DNA of 64,000 nucleotides from the human T2T-CHM13v2.0 reference genome, Homo sapiens (GCA_009914755.4 CP086569.2:8448001-8512000), one strand, 5' to 3'; counted from the first letter of the stretch, positions 1-13,960 are shown. Program-made: numbers and translations. Notes: generated by a model not told the origin, from the sequence alone.

Positions 1-536
1 GTACTTCAAAATGGAGGAATATGCAAATGTACTGAGAAGTCAAAAAAATAAGAGCTTGCATCTAATTTAGAGAGATTGTGGCTTGAATTTTGAGGAAATA
101 TTATCTTCCTTAGTGTAATATTGAAACAAAATGCAAAATAATAACACCTATCTATAACAAACCCCCAGCTGACATCATACTGAATGGGCAAAAATGGAAT
201 GATTCCTCTTGAGAACTGGCACAAGACAAGGATGCCCTCTCTCGCCACTTCTATACATAGTACTGAAAATCCTAGTAAGAGCAATCAGGCAGAAGAAAGA
301 AAAGAAAGCATCCAAATAGGAAGATAAGAGGTCAAACTACCTCTCTTTAGTGGTGAAAATGATTCTATATATAGAAAACACTAAACACTCCACCAAAAGC
401 CTCCTGTAAATAATAAGCAACTTCAGTAAAGCTTCAGAAAACAAACTCAATGTATAAAAATCAGTAGCATTTCTATATACCAATAATGTTGATGCTGAGA
501 ACCAAATCAAGAACACAATCCCATTTCCAGTAATCA

Positions 537-567
<31 letters not shown>

Positions 568-2500
568 CACTTAGGAATTCACCTGACCCAAGAGGTGGAT
601 AGTTCTACAAGGAGAACTACAAAACACTGCTGAAAGAAATGAGAGATGACATAAATGAAAGAAAAAAATATTCTTACTCTTGGATTGGAAAAATCATTAT
701 TGTTAAAATGGTCACACAGGCTAAAGTAATTTACAGATTCAATGTTATCCCTATCAAAATACAAATAATATTTTTCATAGAATTAGAAAAAACTATTTTA
801 AAATTCATATGTAACCACAAAAGAGCCCAAATAGCCAAAGCAATCCTAAACAAAAAGAGCAAAGTCGGAGGCATCACATTACATGACTTCAAACTATACC
901 ATAAAGCTACAGTAACAAAACCAGCATGGTATTGGTACAAAAAGAGAAATATACACTAATAAATAGATTATAGAACCCAGAAATAAAGGCACAAACCTGT
1001 AAGTACCAGATCTTTGACAAAATCAATAAATATATGCGATAAGGAAATGTCTCCCTATTCAATAATAGGTGCTGGGATAAACTGGTGAGCAATATGCAGA
1101 AGAGTAAAACTAGACTCGTTCCTTATATAATGCACAAAATGCAACTCAAGATGGATTAAAGATTTAAATATAACACCTCAAACTATTGAAAATTCTAGAA
1201 AACCTAGAAAATACCCTTCTCAACATCAGCTTTGGCAAATAATTTTTGGCTAGGTCCCCAAAAGCAATTGCAACAAAACCAAAAATTGACAAGAGTGTCA
1301 TAGTTAAAATAAAGAGCCTCTGTACAGCAAAATAAACTGTCAGTGATATAAACACACACCATGCATGTGACAAAGGTCTAATATTCAGAAACTAAAATAA
1401 ATTTAAATCATAAAGTAAAAACCAAAAAATACACTTAAAAATGGGCAACAGGCATGAAGAAACACTTCTGGAAGAAAACATACAAGTGGCCAAAAAACGT
1501 GAAAAAATGCTCAACATCACTATGCATTAGAGAAAAAGAAATCCAAATCAAAATGAGATACCATCTCACACCAGTCAGAATGACTATTCCTAAAATGCCA
1601 AAAAATAACACATGCTGGTGAGGTTGTAGGAAAAAAAAGGAATGCTTATGCAATGTTGACAGGAATATAAACTAGTTAAGCCACTCTGGAAAGCAGTTTT
1701 GGGATTTCACAAACTACTTAAAACAAAACTACCATTCAGCCCAGCAATTCCATTATTGAGTATATACCCAAAAGAAAACAAATTTTTCTACAAAAAAGAC
1801 ACATGGAGTGGCATCTTGACTGCAGCACTATTCACGATAGAAAAAGACATGGAATCAACCTAGGTGCCCACCAATGGTGGAGTGGATAAAGAAAATGTGG
1901 TACACATACACAATGGAAAAATACACAGCCACAACAAAGAACAAAATCATATCCTTTCTAGCAACATGGATGCAACTGAAGGCCATTATCTTAAGCAGAT
2001 TAATTCAAGAACAGAAAACAAGATACCACACATGCTCTCTGATCAAGCATCTGATCTTTAAAAAAATTGATAAATGTAAGCAAGGAGGAAATGACTTCCT
2101 ATTCAATAAATGATGTCGGGATAAACAGGTGATCCATATGCAGAAGATAGAAATTGGACCCATCTAGTAGTATCCCCTGTCTATTCTTTCCATTTTTATA
2201 TCTATGTGTATACAATAATTTGTATACATTGTAAACATCATATACAGATAGACATAAAGATGGGAACCAGAGGCAGTGGGGACTACTAGATGGGGAAAGG
2301 AGGGAAGGGGGCATAGGCTATAAGAACACCTGTTGGGTATTATGCTCACTACCTGGGTGACAGGATCACTTGTACCCCAGTCCTCAACATCACAGTATAC
2401 CCATGTAAGTACACCTCCACACATACACAATTTTATCTATGGTAAAATGCTGCACACACAGCATTTTGTCTATAATAAAAGTTGAAATTGTAAAAAATAA
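1..2500 (+). mobile_element. LINE-1, 5'-truncated older copy (L1M/L1PB-like), ORF2 RT-to-C-terminus plus 3'UTR
   Basis: Sense-strand translations match L1 ORF2. 1-330 reads ...ILNGQKLEAFPLKTG.. and IRQEKEIKGIQ-like. 639-959 reads [70 protein letters not shown]. 1874-2113 reads WIKKMWYTYTMEKYTATTKNKIISFLATWMQLKAIILSRLIQEQKTRYHTCSLI. An L1-type 3'UTR with an A-rich tail sits near 2470-2500. Many stops and frameshifts, so an old copy. Confidence 0.85.
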
Positions 2501-3362
2501 AATAAAATTTTAATATGACTCAATTCATTAAAAATACTGTTGTAAACTATAACTCTTTAAAATCTTATACCCTTGACAGTTCTTTTGAAATAAACATGTT
2601 ATTTGCTGTAGATGTAAATATTTACAGTATATGTCAGAAATTACAGAATATTGAAAAGAAAAATAGAAAATATAATAAGAGTATGAGATCATAAAAAAAA
2701 AATCATCTGTTTCTGCCTGGGTCTGGCCCATGGGGAACTAAAAGAATGATGATTAAGGGTGTGAGTGTCTTACTAATACAGACCTCAAAGGCTATGATGT
2801 CATTCCAAACATCTTAGTTTCTATTAATAACACAACGTAGTTACTTATCCATGAACTTAGTTAAGCATCTTTTCACTATCCATTACCTTTTAAAGTAATG
2901 TAGTTTTGTAAGATGGAAAATTTCCTTCTTCTTTTGCATTTCTCTCTTCAAGGTTAATTTATGTGAAATGCTATTCATAACGCATGAATATATAAAAAAT
3001 ATAGTGTGAATGATGCTATCATTCTTAAGTAGCTTAAAGTTCTACATCATTTTTATAGACGTTATCATATTTATGTATTTGTTTTTTTAATTCCAATTTA
3101 TGAAGTTCTATGTACAATGTACTGGAACTATATATTGGGGACACAAAGACAAGCAAGACAGATATGGTATCTGCCCTAGTGGAACTTATAGACCAATTAC
3201 AAGTAGATAAACATATAGATTGTTTTGAGAACAATGAAGGAAGGAAACGTTATTTGATATTAGAGCCCATGGGACAGGACGGGAAGTGTGGATTAGTGGA
3301 CAGAAAAGTGTTCTTTGAAGAGATGAAATTTAAGCTGATATCTGAAGGATAAGAAGGAGCTA

Positions 3363-3708
<346 letters not shown>

Positions 3709-4740
3709 TGTGCAAATACTTCAAAGTCAGACACTTATTGGTATGTTATAGGAACAGATAAAAAGGTCAATGTCAGAAAAATAAAGGGGGGATATTCTAT
3801 GGGTGTGAGATGAAGTTTGAGAGAAATAGCACAGCTCATGCAGAAGTGGAATGATACTGAAAGATTTCTGATTTATGCAGAAGTGTGTACTGACATGATT
3901 TAATTCTTAAAATTGTTCTGAATATTATAAGGAGAATGAATTCAAGAGAAGGAGTTGGAAAAGGAAGATGTTTATAAATATAAAAGTATATTTAAGTAGT
4001 TCAAGCAAGAAATGCAGAGGTGGCTTAGCTTAGTGGAGGTAGAAATTTAAATGGAATTGAAGAGATATTTGCAGGTATATCTGGTAGGGTAAAATTATAA
4101 TTATATGTTAACTCGTGTTTCTTTCCTTCCAGACTGGTGCCCATGTAGGGATCATCGATGTTATATTAATCTCTGAATTTTCATTCCCATCTGTGCATAT
4201 TCTATGAAAAATATTTTTCCATAATTTGAAGTATCTGATGCATGGAAGACATTCTTGAAATCTGTAAATAGATGAATAAGTTTGTTATCTATACTGGAAT
4301 TGCCCTCTCTGTGCCCTAAAATTACTTTTATTTCTTCCTTCAAGAGAGACCTACTGGTTTTGATATAATACAATGTGGTAAACATGGCTACACCCTGTTT
4401 CTCCACCCCCCCTTCAAGATATTTCAGATTTCAATAATATATGTTCAGTATTTTTATCTTTCAGGTGAAAGACACACAGTCTTTTGATTCTTATATGGCA
4501 CTTCTTTCTTTTCAATGATCACTTCTGTTGCCTTCCTCTGAATTTTCACCTCATTTATCTCTTATTTGACATGTGATAATACTATGTTCCTGGCGTGCAT
4601 GCACCACAATCCTGTATGTCAATTAGATGCTGCATTTTGGCTGATTCCAATATATTTTCTAATAAAGCTTAATATTTTCTAGAATTTGTTTTTTTCTAAA
4701 AAAACAGGGCCCAAAGACATACAAATTTTTCTTGTTAAAT

Positions 4741-4846
4741 GATGAGTTGATGGGTGCAGCACACCAACATGGCACATGTATACATACATAACTAACCTGC
4801 ATGTTGTGCTCATGTACCCTAAAACTTAAAGTATAATAATAAAAAA
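4741..4846 (+). mobile_element. LINE-1 extreme 3' end fragment
   Basis: gatgagttgatgggtgcagcacaccaacatggcacatgtatacata...aacctgcatgttgtgctcatgtaccctaaaacttaaagtataataataaaaaa is the canonical L1 3'UTR terminus with A-tail. Confidence 0.8.
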
Positions 4847-5600
4847 GTAACAGTTCACAGCTTGAAATAGAATTGTGAGAATTTTTTTCTTGCCCTTGTC
4901 AATAATGAATCTTATCTATAATTTTGTTCCTTTTTGATGTAGCCTTATGTAATTTTCTTGCATTCTGTCCCTGTCAGTTTGGCATCTCACTATCCCCAGA
5001 AGAGGTTAGTGTCAATTGCATTCTTTCCTGCAAATCACTTATAAAAACTGTCAGATTATACTGAACCCTGGGAATTTCTCCATTTGTACTTTCTGTCCAA
5101 AGCAATTTTCCCTTATTATTTTCTTCTTGTTTTGTAAGGCAATTGTCTATTCATGGCAAAAACAGGCTTGTCAACTTCACGGTAACTCCAGTTGAAGCTT
5201 ATGTGAAGGTACTTTGGAAATGAAAATAATATATTTGCTTGTTATATTTTGTTCATTTATTAGGTATTCACAGTTATTTATGAAGTGCTCAATCATGTTA
5301 ATCACCTGAACATGATTATACTTATAGAAAGCACATTCTCTTTTCATGAATGTGTTGTGTCTTCTTGAATAAAGCAGGTAATCTATATATCTATCTCCCA
5401 CTAACTTGCCTCATATCCAGGTAAGATTTGTCATTCTTAACTTTAGAATCTCCACTGAAACTCTTATAGATGCCAACTATCATCCTTTCATCATTTTTAA
5501 TGACTATTTACATTTTTTGACTAATAGCTCCACAATGCCACCCTTGGATTCTTTTAAAATTTTTGGTGCATTTAATTTAAGTTACTGATTAAATCTCTAA

Positions 5601-5868
<268 letters not shown>

Positions 5869-6709
5869 TTATTATTTATTTAAATCATTTTCTGAAGCTA
5901 TTTTCTCATTTAGAAGGTGTCTTCTTTGACCTTTTAAAGATTACTTACACATTTAATTACTTAACATTTATTGAATGGCTACTAAGGATTGGGAGCTTAG
6001 CAGTGAACAAGGTAGGTAGAAATTTCTGCCTTTGTGGAGTTTATATTCTTTTAGAGTTGACAGACAATAAAAGTAGATAGGGGGATACTACTTAATACAG
6101 AGGGTTTAGGAAAAGTTTTTCTAAAAATATAACATTTTATCAGGCACCTGAATGATGGGAGGGCCTGAGTGATGTGAGGAAGCTGTGTAGTTATCTGGAG
6201 AAAAGGGAGTTCCAGGTAGAGGGAACAACAAGTGCATAGGCTCTGATATAGGCATGTGCTTGGCTTGTTCAATGAACAGCAAGGAGTCTATTGCTACAGA
6301 AACAAAGTAAGTGAGTAGGAGAGTGGTAGGAAATGAGAACTAGGGACTTAGCCAGAGCCCAGATGATGCAAGACCTTATAGACCACATTGAGGAGGTTAA
6401 ATTTTATTCTTGGTAAGATAAGAAACCATCTGATGGTTTTAAGCATGGGGGGATCATAATAGCACTTGTTTAAAAATGAAACTCTCATTACAGTGTGTAT
6501 AGAATACATTGGGGCATGGGACAGTGGAAGCCATAAAACAAATTAGGAAGCTATTAGTGTAGGCAATTCAGAAAAGAAACAATTATGACGTGAACATGGG
6601 TGTCAGTGTAAGTCATCAGATTATGAATGTATTTTGAAGATGTGCCAGGCTGCATATGCTGATGGACTAATTGTGTAGTGTAAGAGAAAGCTAAAAAATT
6701 ATTCCAAGT

Positions 6710-6803
6710 TTTTTTTTTTTTTTTTTTTTTTTTGAGACGGAGTCTCGCTCTGTCGCCCAGGCTGGAGTGCAGTGGTGGGATCTCGGCTCACTGCAAGCTC
6801 CGC
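6710..6803 (-). mobile_element. Alu fragment (right arm only), antisense
   Basis: Poly-T (about 30 T) followed by gagacggagtctcgctctgtcgcccaggctggagtgcagtggtgggatctcggctcactgcaagctccgcc, then the Alu homology stops. Confidence 0.8.
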
Positions 6804-8369
6804 CAAGTTTTAAGCCTAGGCATTTGCCAGCATGGAGTTGAAGTTTAATGAGATAAGGAAGACTATGGGAAGAGCAGAGCGTTGCTGGGGAGTTGTGAAA
6901 GGATCATGCTTGGATTATGTTAGCATTTAGGAGCCTATTGGACATCCAAATAGAGAGGTAAATCGGCTCAATATACATGTTCAGATTTGGGAGATAATTC
7001 TGGGCTAAAATTGCACATTGGCAAGTTGAGAGCTACTAGTATGCAGATGGTATTTAAAACTATGTGACTTGTTGAGATAATCTCAAGAGTGAATATAAAC
7101 AGAAAAGAAAAGAGGATTCCTTCTGGGATGAGTCCCAGGGCACCCAATTGTTTTGAGGTTTATAAAAGAAATCAGGAAGAGTCTTAGAAGGAGTTGTCAG
7201 GGAGGTAGGAGGAAAATTAAGAGAGTAGTGGCCCAGAAGACAAATGATGGAAATGTTGCAAGAAAGAGGGTGTGATCTGTGATGTCAAATGTGACTGGAA
7301 GTTGAATAAGATGAGGAATGAGACTTGACCATGGGACATGGCAAGAGGGTGGTTATGGTCTCCTTGAAAAAAACTGTTTAAAAATGGAATAATGAGATCC
7401 AAAGTGTAACTGGAGTAGACTAGGGAGTTAATTTGAAACCAAAAATATAGATAACACTTTTGAAGGGTTTTTCTCTAAAGAGGAGCAGGTTGAATGAAGG
7501 AATAAAGTAAAACAATAGTCGGGATTGAATGCCTGGGAGTGAGTGACATTAATGAAGAGGAATTAATAGAGACAGTCAATGTGTTGGTAGTCCCATTGTG
7601 GTCAAATAATTGTTTTCAAGGCACTAGAGGGAGTGAGAAGAATATGAGGTGGCAGATAATGACATAAAATATTGATACTTTGGAGAAGATAAAAATTTAA
7701 ATAATGACAATGTCTGAGAAATAACCATAGGCATATATCACTAAGGTTGGATGGATGACATTTGGATTGAAATTACATCAGAGAAATCATATTCTTTGAG
7801 GAATTTTCTAAGATATAGGTGTTGAAGCCACTAAGAATGGTGAGAGGCATATAAATTATTTAGGGGACAAATCGTTCAATAAATGGTAAGAAAAATAGAG
7901 AAGGCTTCATAGTTAAAACAAGAATTGCAATTGGTATGATTTGATGGCTTACACTATACAGGATCTGGGGATTTTGAAGTGAGACATGAAAGGTTTGAAA
8001 ATGGCAATAGAAATAGGAAGACATCCACTCCAATCTCTGAGCCTACAGATATGAGGAGTGTAAGAAAGAAAACAACTTTCACTTACAGCGGTAAATGGGA
8101 ATCAGGGTTCTGAAGGGTAATGTAAAATCAAGTTAGAGAATATATATAAGATAAACATTATGAAGGGAGATTTAGAATAAAATAGATATGGTTAATAATA
8201 GACAGAGAGTTCCAAGGTATACAGTGAAAGATTATTTGGGCTTAGAACACTGTGGAGATGGAAGATGAACTGAGAGTCTTGGCCTGTTGTGGTGCAAGTT
8301 TCAGGATGTAATATAATCAACAGGCATTTATGTGTATTTGATAACATTTCATAAAGCCCATTATTTAAA

Positions 8370-10060
8370 AAAAATCAACTTTTATTGAGATATAGTGTGT
8401 AAATGTGCAGATTTGTTACATGGGTATATTATGTGATGCTGAAGTTTGGGTTACAGATCCTGTCACCCAGGTAGTGAAGATAGTACAAAATAGGTAGTTT
8501 TTCAACCCATCCTGCCTCCCTCCCCCATCTAGTAGTCTGCAGTGTCTAGTGTTCCTATTTTATGTCTGTGTTTTGAATGTTTAGCTTCCAAATATAAGTG
8601 AGAACGTATATTTGGTTTTCTGTTCCTGTATTCATCTGCTTATGATTATGGCCTCCAGCTGCATCTATGTCAATGCAAAGGGAATGGTTTTGTTGTTCCT
8701 TGTGTCTGTGTAGCACTCCACGGTTTATATGTACCACGGTTTCTTGATCCAATCCACAATTTTTGAGCACCTATGTTGATTCCATGTCTTTGCTATTGTG
8801 AATAGTGCTGTGATGAAAAAACAAGTACGTGTATCTTTTTTGTAGAATAATTTATTTTATTTTAGTTATTTACACATCAATGGGATTGCTGGATCCAATG
8901 ATATTTTCATTATAAGTACTTTGAGAAATCTCCAAACTGCTTCTGATAGTGGATGAACTAATTTACATTCTCACCAACAGAGTATAAGTCTTCTCTTTTC
9001 TTGATAACTTAACCAGCATCTGTTGCCTTTTGACTTTTTAATAACAGCCATTGTAACTGGTGTGAGATATTTTGATGTGTTTTTTATTTGTATTTCTCTG
9101 ATGATTAGTGATGATGAACATTTTTTCATATGTTTCTTGGCCACTTGTACATATCTTTTGAGAAGTGTCTGTTCATGTCTTTTGCTCATTATTTAATGGT
9201 TTTTTTTGTGCTTATTGATTTGTTTAATTTCCTTATAGATTCTTTATATTACACCTATTAGTCCTTTGTCTAATGCATAGCTTGAGAATAAATTCTCTCA
9301 TTCTCTACGTTTCCTGTTTACTCTGTTGATAGCTTTGTTTGTGGTGAACAAACTTTTTAGTTTCATTAAGTCCTGTCAGGCCTCTGAGCCCAAGCTAAAC
9401 CATCATGTGACATGCACATATAAGCCCAGATGGCCGAAAGCAAGTGAAGAATCACAAAAGTGAAAATGGCCTGTTCCTTCCTTAACTGATAATATTCCAC
9501 CACAAAAGAAGTCAAACTGGCCAGTCCTTGCTTTAACTGATGACATTACCTTGTGAAATTCCTTCTCCTGGCTCATCCTGTCTCAAAAGCTCCCCGACAG
9601 AGCACCTTGTGACCCCCACCCCTGCCCACCAGAGAACAACCCCGCTTTGACTGTAATTTTCCTTTACCTACCCAAATCTTATGAAACTGCCCCACCCCTA
9701 TCTCCTTTCACTGACTCTCTTTTTGGACTCAGTCTGCCTGCATCCAAGTGAAATAAAAAGCCTTGTTGCTCACACAAATCCTGTTTGGTGGTCTCTTCAC
9801 GTGGACGTGAGTGAAAAGTCCCTCTTATTAATTTTTGTTTTTGTTGCAGTTGCTTTGGGGAACTTAGCCAGAAATTCTTTGCCAAAGCTAATGTTCAAGA
9901 ATGGTACTTCCTAAGTTTTCTTGTAGGACTTTTATAATATGTAATCTTACATTTATATATTTAATTGATATTAAGTTAATTTTTGTATATTGTCAAAGTA
10001 GGGGTCCAGTTTAATTCTTCTGCATATGGCTAACCAGGTATCTACACACTGTTTTAAAAT
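8370..10060 (-). mobile_element. LINE-1 (ORF2 3' part plus 3'UTR), antisense, interrupted by a solo LTR7 at 9374-9816
   Basis: Minus-strand ORFs translate to L1 ORF2. 8971-9189 gives ...AKKHMKKCSSSLIIREIQIKNTSKYLTPVTMAVIKKS. 8555-8770 gives the L1 ORF2 C-terminus. 9679-9885 gives [19 protein letters not shown], matching L1 MGKDFMSKTPKAMATKAKI. Antisense L1 3'UTR at 8380-8560. L1 homology resumes directly after the LTR7 (aatttttgtatattgtcaaagtaggggtccagtttaattcttctgcatatggctaaccag). Confidence 0.8.
9374..9816 (+). mobile_element. Solo LTR7 (HERV-H LTR) inserted into the antisense L1
   Basis: tgtcaggcctctgagcccaagctaa...ccaccagagaacaaccccgctttgactgtaattttcctttacctacccaaatcttatgaaactgccccacccctatctcc...gtgaaataaaaagccttgttgctcacacaaatcctgtttggtggtctcttcacgtggacgtgagtgaaa matches the LTR7 consensus along its length, as I remember it. 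No HERV-H tRNA-His primer-binding site or internal sequence follows. 5-bp direct repeat agtcc at 9369-9373 and 9817-9821, interpreted as the target-site duplication. Confidence 0.82.
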
Positions 10061-10987
10061 TAGATGTTATATCTTAAAATTGATTGTGCCTTAGAATCAA
10101 GAAAGGATAGGCATTAGCATCAATAAATCAGTTTGAAATGGTTTAGATGAGAGGTCAGAAAACTGTAGCCCAAAGTCTATATGCAACATGATGCCTGCTT
10201 TTATAAGTAATATTTTACTGGAATGTAGCCCCATTTGTTAATTACTATTATCTATGACTGCTTTGCAGTAATATGACAGAGTTGATAAGTGTAACAGAAT
10301 TTGTATGGCCTGCAAAGGTGAAAATATTTATTATCTGTTCCTTTGTAGAAAAAAAGTTTATCAAATTTTGATCCAGATATATATCCATTGAATTGAACTG
10401 CAGAAATATTGTTTTAATGTAAATTTATTTTATGTACCCCTTCCAGAGCCTCTTATTTAGTCAGTCTGGCATATATCCTAGGATGCTGTGCACTTCAGAA
10501 TTGCCCCCAAGTAATTCTAATGCAGAATAATTAAGGAACAAACTTAAAGGCACTTTATTATGGATCAGGCTTGCTCAAATTTTCTTGCTGCTAAGAATAT
10601 TCTTGGTTGACTGACAAATATATAGCTTTCCAGCCTCCTTACCTGGAGATTGTGATTCAGTCACTCGGAGGCCTGGCCAAGTGTAGTTTGGTAAATCACG
10701 TATGTGGGGTGATTTTTATCTTCAGAAAAGTTTAGGAAACTTTGGAATGGATTCTCTGTTTAACCAGGAGCTATGCCTGCAATTCAAGTAAACTGTACTT
10801 GATGACTGTGTATTCTTTCTGTAAGCATTGTTAGGCACTGAACTACTTTCTAAGGGAGTACCAGTCAATCATCCACTGTAGTTCAAAAAAGATAGCCCTT
10901 GCTCATTGCTTGATATTTTATTTTTTATATTACTCCATTTAATCATTTATCAAGCTCTATAGTTCCTACCTTCAATGAGCTTGTTAA

Positions 10988-11486
10988 TGGGGAAAGAGGG
11001 CAGATATTAAATAAACAGTCACATTAAGAAAGGAGACCACCCCTTATATTGTCTTATACCCAATTTCTGCCTCCAAAGAAAGCAGAAGTAAAAACTAAAA
11101 TGCAGAAATAAAATCCACAAGCAGACAGTCCAGTGCCACACCCTGGGCCTGATAGTTAAAGATCAACCCCTGACCTAATAGGTTATGTTATCTATAGATT
11201 ACAGACATTGTATAGAAACGCACTGTGAAAATCCCTGTCCTGTTTTGTTCCGATCTAATTACTTGTGCATGCAGCCCCTAGTCATGTACCCCCTGCTTGC
11301 TCAATCAATCGAGACCCTCTCACAGGCACCCCCTTAGAGTTGTGAGCCCTTAAAAGGGACAGGAATTTCTCACTCAGGGAGCTCAGCTCTTGAGACAGGA
11401 GTCTTACTGATGCTCCCAGTTGAATAAACTGCTTCCTTCTTTAACTCGGTGTCTGAGGGGTTTTGTCTGTGGCATGTCCTGCTACA
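10988..11486 (+). repeat. 5' LTR of the class I ERV provirus
   Basis: Near-identical to 19271-19743. AATAAA at 11423-11428 (ttgaataaactgcttcc). Ends ...tgtcctgctaca. The exact 5' start is uncertain by about 15 bp because the two LTR starts differ by a roughly 25-bp indel. Confidence 0.85.
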
Positions 11487-11491
11487 TTTCT

Positions 11492-11509
11492 TGGTTCCCT
11501 CACCAAGAA
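11492..11509 (+). promoter_or_regulatory. Primer-binding site, degenerate tRNA-Glu-like
   Basis: tggttccctcaccaagaa lies 5 nt after the LTR's terminal CA. The tRNA-Glu PBS is TGGTTCCCTGACCGGGAA. 14 of 18 positions match, the mismatches being G-to-C and the GGG-to-AAG run at the CCGGG site, the latter consistent with CpG decay. Confidence 0.55.
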
Positions 11510-12072
11510 GCAAGATGATTAATGGAGAGTTGAGTCAGCTCCTTAGGTGGCTTAGGTCTGCCCTGTGGAGCATCCCTGTGGGGGACTCTGGCCCACTGGA
11601 GGGATGCAGATCCTGAGAGTGCTCCCAGGTAGGCAATTGCCCTGGTGGAATGCTTTGCCAAAGCGGTGCATGGCAGGGCCCTGTGGAGTATCAACACAGT
11701 GCCTGCACACCGGGAAGGAACTGGCACTTGGAGTCCAGATAACTGAAACTTGGTAAGACTAGTCTTGGGAACTTGCCCACTCCATTTCAGTGGAAGCGTG
11801 GCCTGATAACCCATGGTGTGTCTGTACAGCACTTTGTTTTTTCTTTTTGACTTGACTTGGATTGCTTGAGACTTTGGTTTTGGATTTGACCTCACTTGGA
11901 TTTCTTGATACTCTGATTTTGGTTTTGATTCTGGTTTGGTGTAAACTGTAAAAGTGTGTGTGTGCCCTTTTTACCCATTCTTTGTTTTATGGTGTGCGTG
12001 TGGTGTAAGCATGGTGTATTGTCTAGAGGAAACGTGGATCAGGCACAAACTAAGCCCACCCCACTAGGAACT

Positions 12073-13600
12073 ATGTTGAAAATTTTCAAAAAGGGATTTA
12101 GGGGAGACTATGAAGTCACCATGACACCAGAAAAACTTAGAACTTTGTGTGAGATAGACTGGCCAGCATTAGAGGTGTGTTGGCCATCAGAAGGAAGCCT
12201 GGGCATGTCCCTTGTCTCAAAGGTATGGCACAGGGTAACCTGTAAGTTAGGGCACCTGGATCAGTCCCATATATAGATTCTTTGTTACAGTTGGTTTTGG
12301 AGCCCCCACAGTAGTTAAGAGGACAGGCAGCAGCAGTAGTAGTAGCAAAGGGAGAGTTAGTTAAGGAAGGTTCTTTCTCCACCCACAGAGGGAAGTCGGC
12401 ACCAAAAGTCCTGTCCGACCCAACACCAGAAGAATCATGGCAGGAATTGATACCAGAAGTACCCACTCCTTATCAAGAGGAAGTGTTCCCCACCCCTAAG
12501 CCCACAGCACCTCCACCTTCACCAGATAACCACACCCCTAGACCACCCAGACTAGACAAAAGAGGAAGAGAAACTGCAGGAGAAACTCCTCCCTTGGCAG
12601 CTAGCTTACAGCCTGAGACTGGAATCCAAATGTCCCTGAGAGAGCACCAATGTACTGGGGTAGATGAGGATGGACACATGTTGGAAAGGCGTGCCTTTGT
12701 ATTTCAACCTTTCATCTCTACTGACCTCCTCAATTGGAAAAATAATATTCTATCTTACACTGAAAAGCCTCAAGCTTTAACTGACTTGCTCCAAACCATT
12801 GTACAGACTCATAATCCTACTTGGGCTGATTGCCACCAGCTGCTTATGTACCTCTTTAATATAGATGAAAGGCAAAGGGTGCTCCAGGTGGGAACTAAGT
12901 GGCTAGAAGAGCATGTCCTAGCTGATTACCAAAACCCCCAAGAGTATATAAGAATTCAACTGCCAGGAACAGACCCCCAGTGGGACCGGAATGAGGGACC
13001 AGACATGGAGAAGCTAAGATGGTACCATGAGGCATTAATAGAAGGTCTAAAGAAAGGGGCTCAATAGGCTACAAATGTAAATAAGGTCTCTGAGGTCATC
13101 CAAGGAAAAGAGGAAAGTCCAGCACAGTTTTATGAAAGACTGTGTGAGGCTTACCGTCTGCACACTCCTCTTGATCCAGCTAGTCCTGAAAATCAGCGTA
13201 TGATTAATATGGCCTTAGTTAGTCAAAGCACAGAAGATATCAGGAGAAAATTGCAGAAACAGGCTGAGTTTGCAGGTATGAATACCTCATGTTTACTGGA
13301 AAGAACCAATCAAGTGTTTATGAATAGAGATGCAACAAGCCACAGAGAAAGCCTTAAGGAAGGCTAGTCAAAATGCCTACTTATTGGCCACAGCCATTAT
13401 GGGAATTCCCCTGAAAGGAGAGGGAAAGGGGTGTTCTGGGAAGAATACCCAGTCTAACCACCAATGCTGGCAATGTAACCAATGAGCCTATTGTAAGGAA
13501 ATAGGACATTGGAAAGATAAGTATCCCCAAATGATGGAAAAGCAAGTTTATTCAGAGCAAAAGACCTCAGATAAAGACAAGGGAGCTTTGTTCAAGCTGG
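12073..13600 (+). pseudogene. gag: gag (MA, p12-like with PPPSP, CA, NC), disrupted
   Basis: MLKIFKKGFRGDYEVTMTPEKLRTLCEIDWPALEVCWPSEG resembles gamma-type MA. 12447-13067 ORF contains ...FQPFISTDLLNWKNNILSYTEKPQALTDLLQTIVQTHNPTWADCHQLLMYLFNIDERQRVLQ..., very like MLV CA. Then ...QSTEDIRRKLQKQAEF. The NC zinc knuckle remnant ..AYCKEIGHWKDKYP has lost its first Cys to a stop. Several stops and frameshifts. Confidence 0.85.
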
Positions 13601-13960
13601 CTGAAGGGCTACTGGACTGAAAGGGGCCAGGCTTAAGCACCCCTAAGGAGCCCAAGGTCAGGATTACAACTGGAGGCAAGGACATTAAGTTTTTGGTTGA
13701 TACTGGTGCTGAACATTCAGTAGTGACCACCCTGGTCACCCCCTTATTCAAGAAAACCATTGATATAATCAGAGCAACAGGAGTTTCCACTAAGCACACT
13801 TTCTGTCTACCACGGACCTGCTCAGTGGGGGGACCTAAGATAGTTCACCAGTTCTTGTACATGTGTGACTTTCATCTGCCCTTGCTTGGAAGAGACTTGC
13901 TTAGCAAGCTGAGAGCCACCATCTCCTTTACAAAACAGGGCTCTTTATGCTAAAGTTACT
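13601..13960 (+). pseudogene. pro: retroviral aspartic protease remnant, active-site DTGA retained
   Basis: TTGGKDIKFLVDTGAEHSVVTTLVTPLFKKTIDIIRATGVSTKHTFCLPRTCSVGGPKIVHQFLYMCDFHLPLLGRDLLSKLRATISF. DTGA codons at 13698-13709. 86-aa ORF 13693-13953. Confidence 0.85.

Noticed and set aside
6100-7700. Sequence with the feel of an ancient mammalian-wide interspersed repeat (phrases like ggtaggaaatgagaactagggacttagccagagcccagatgatgcaagaccttatagaccacattgaggag and ggtggttatggtctccttg)
   Set aside because: I cannot assign it to a named family from memory and it has no terminal repeats or coding homology that I can see. Left unannotated rather than guessed. RepeatMasker would settle it.
10400-10985. 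Possible target-site duplication of the large provirus and possible old DNA-transposon fragment just upstream (cctggagattgtgattcagtcactcggaggcctggccaagtg)
   Set aside because: The 5' LTR start is ambiguous by about 15 bp and the flanking tetramers (around gttaa and acatg) do not match. After roughly 10 percent divergence a 4-bp duplication is not reliably recoverable. The upstream motif is only reminiscent of a repeat.
11500-11895. 131-aa minus-strand ORF overlapping the provirus leader
   Set aside because: Antisense to the ERV 5' leader between PBS and gag. No support for an antisense gene. GC-richer DNA simply has fewer stops.
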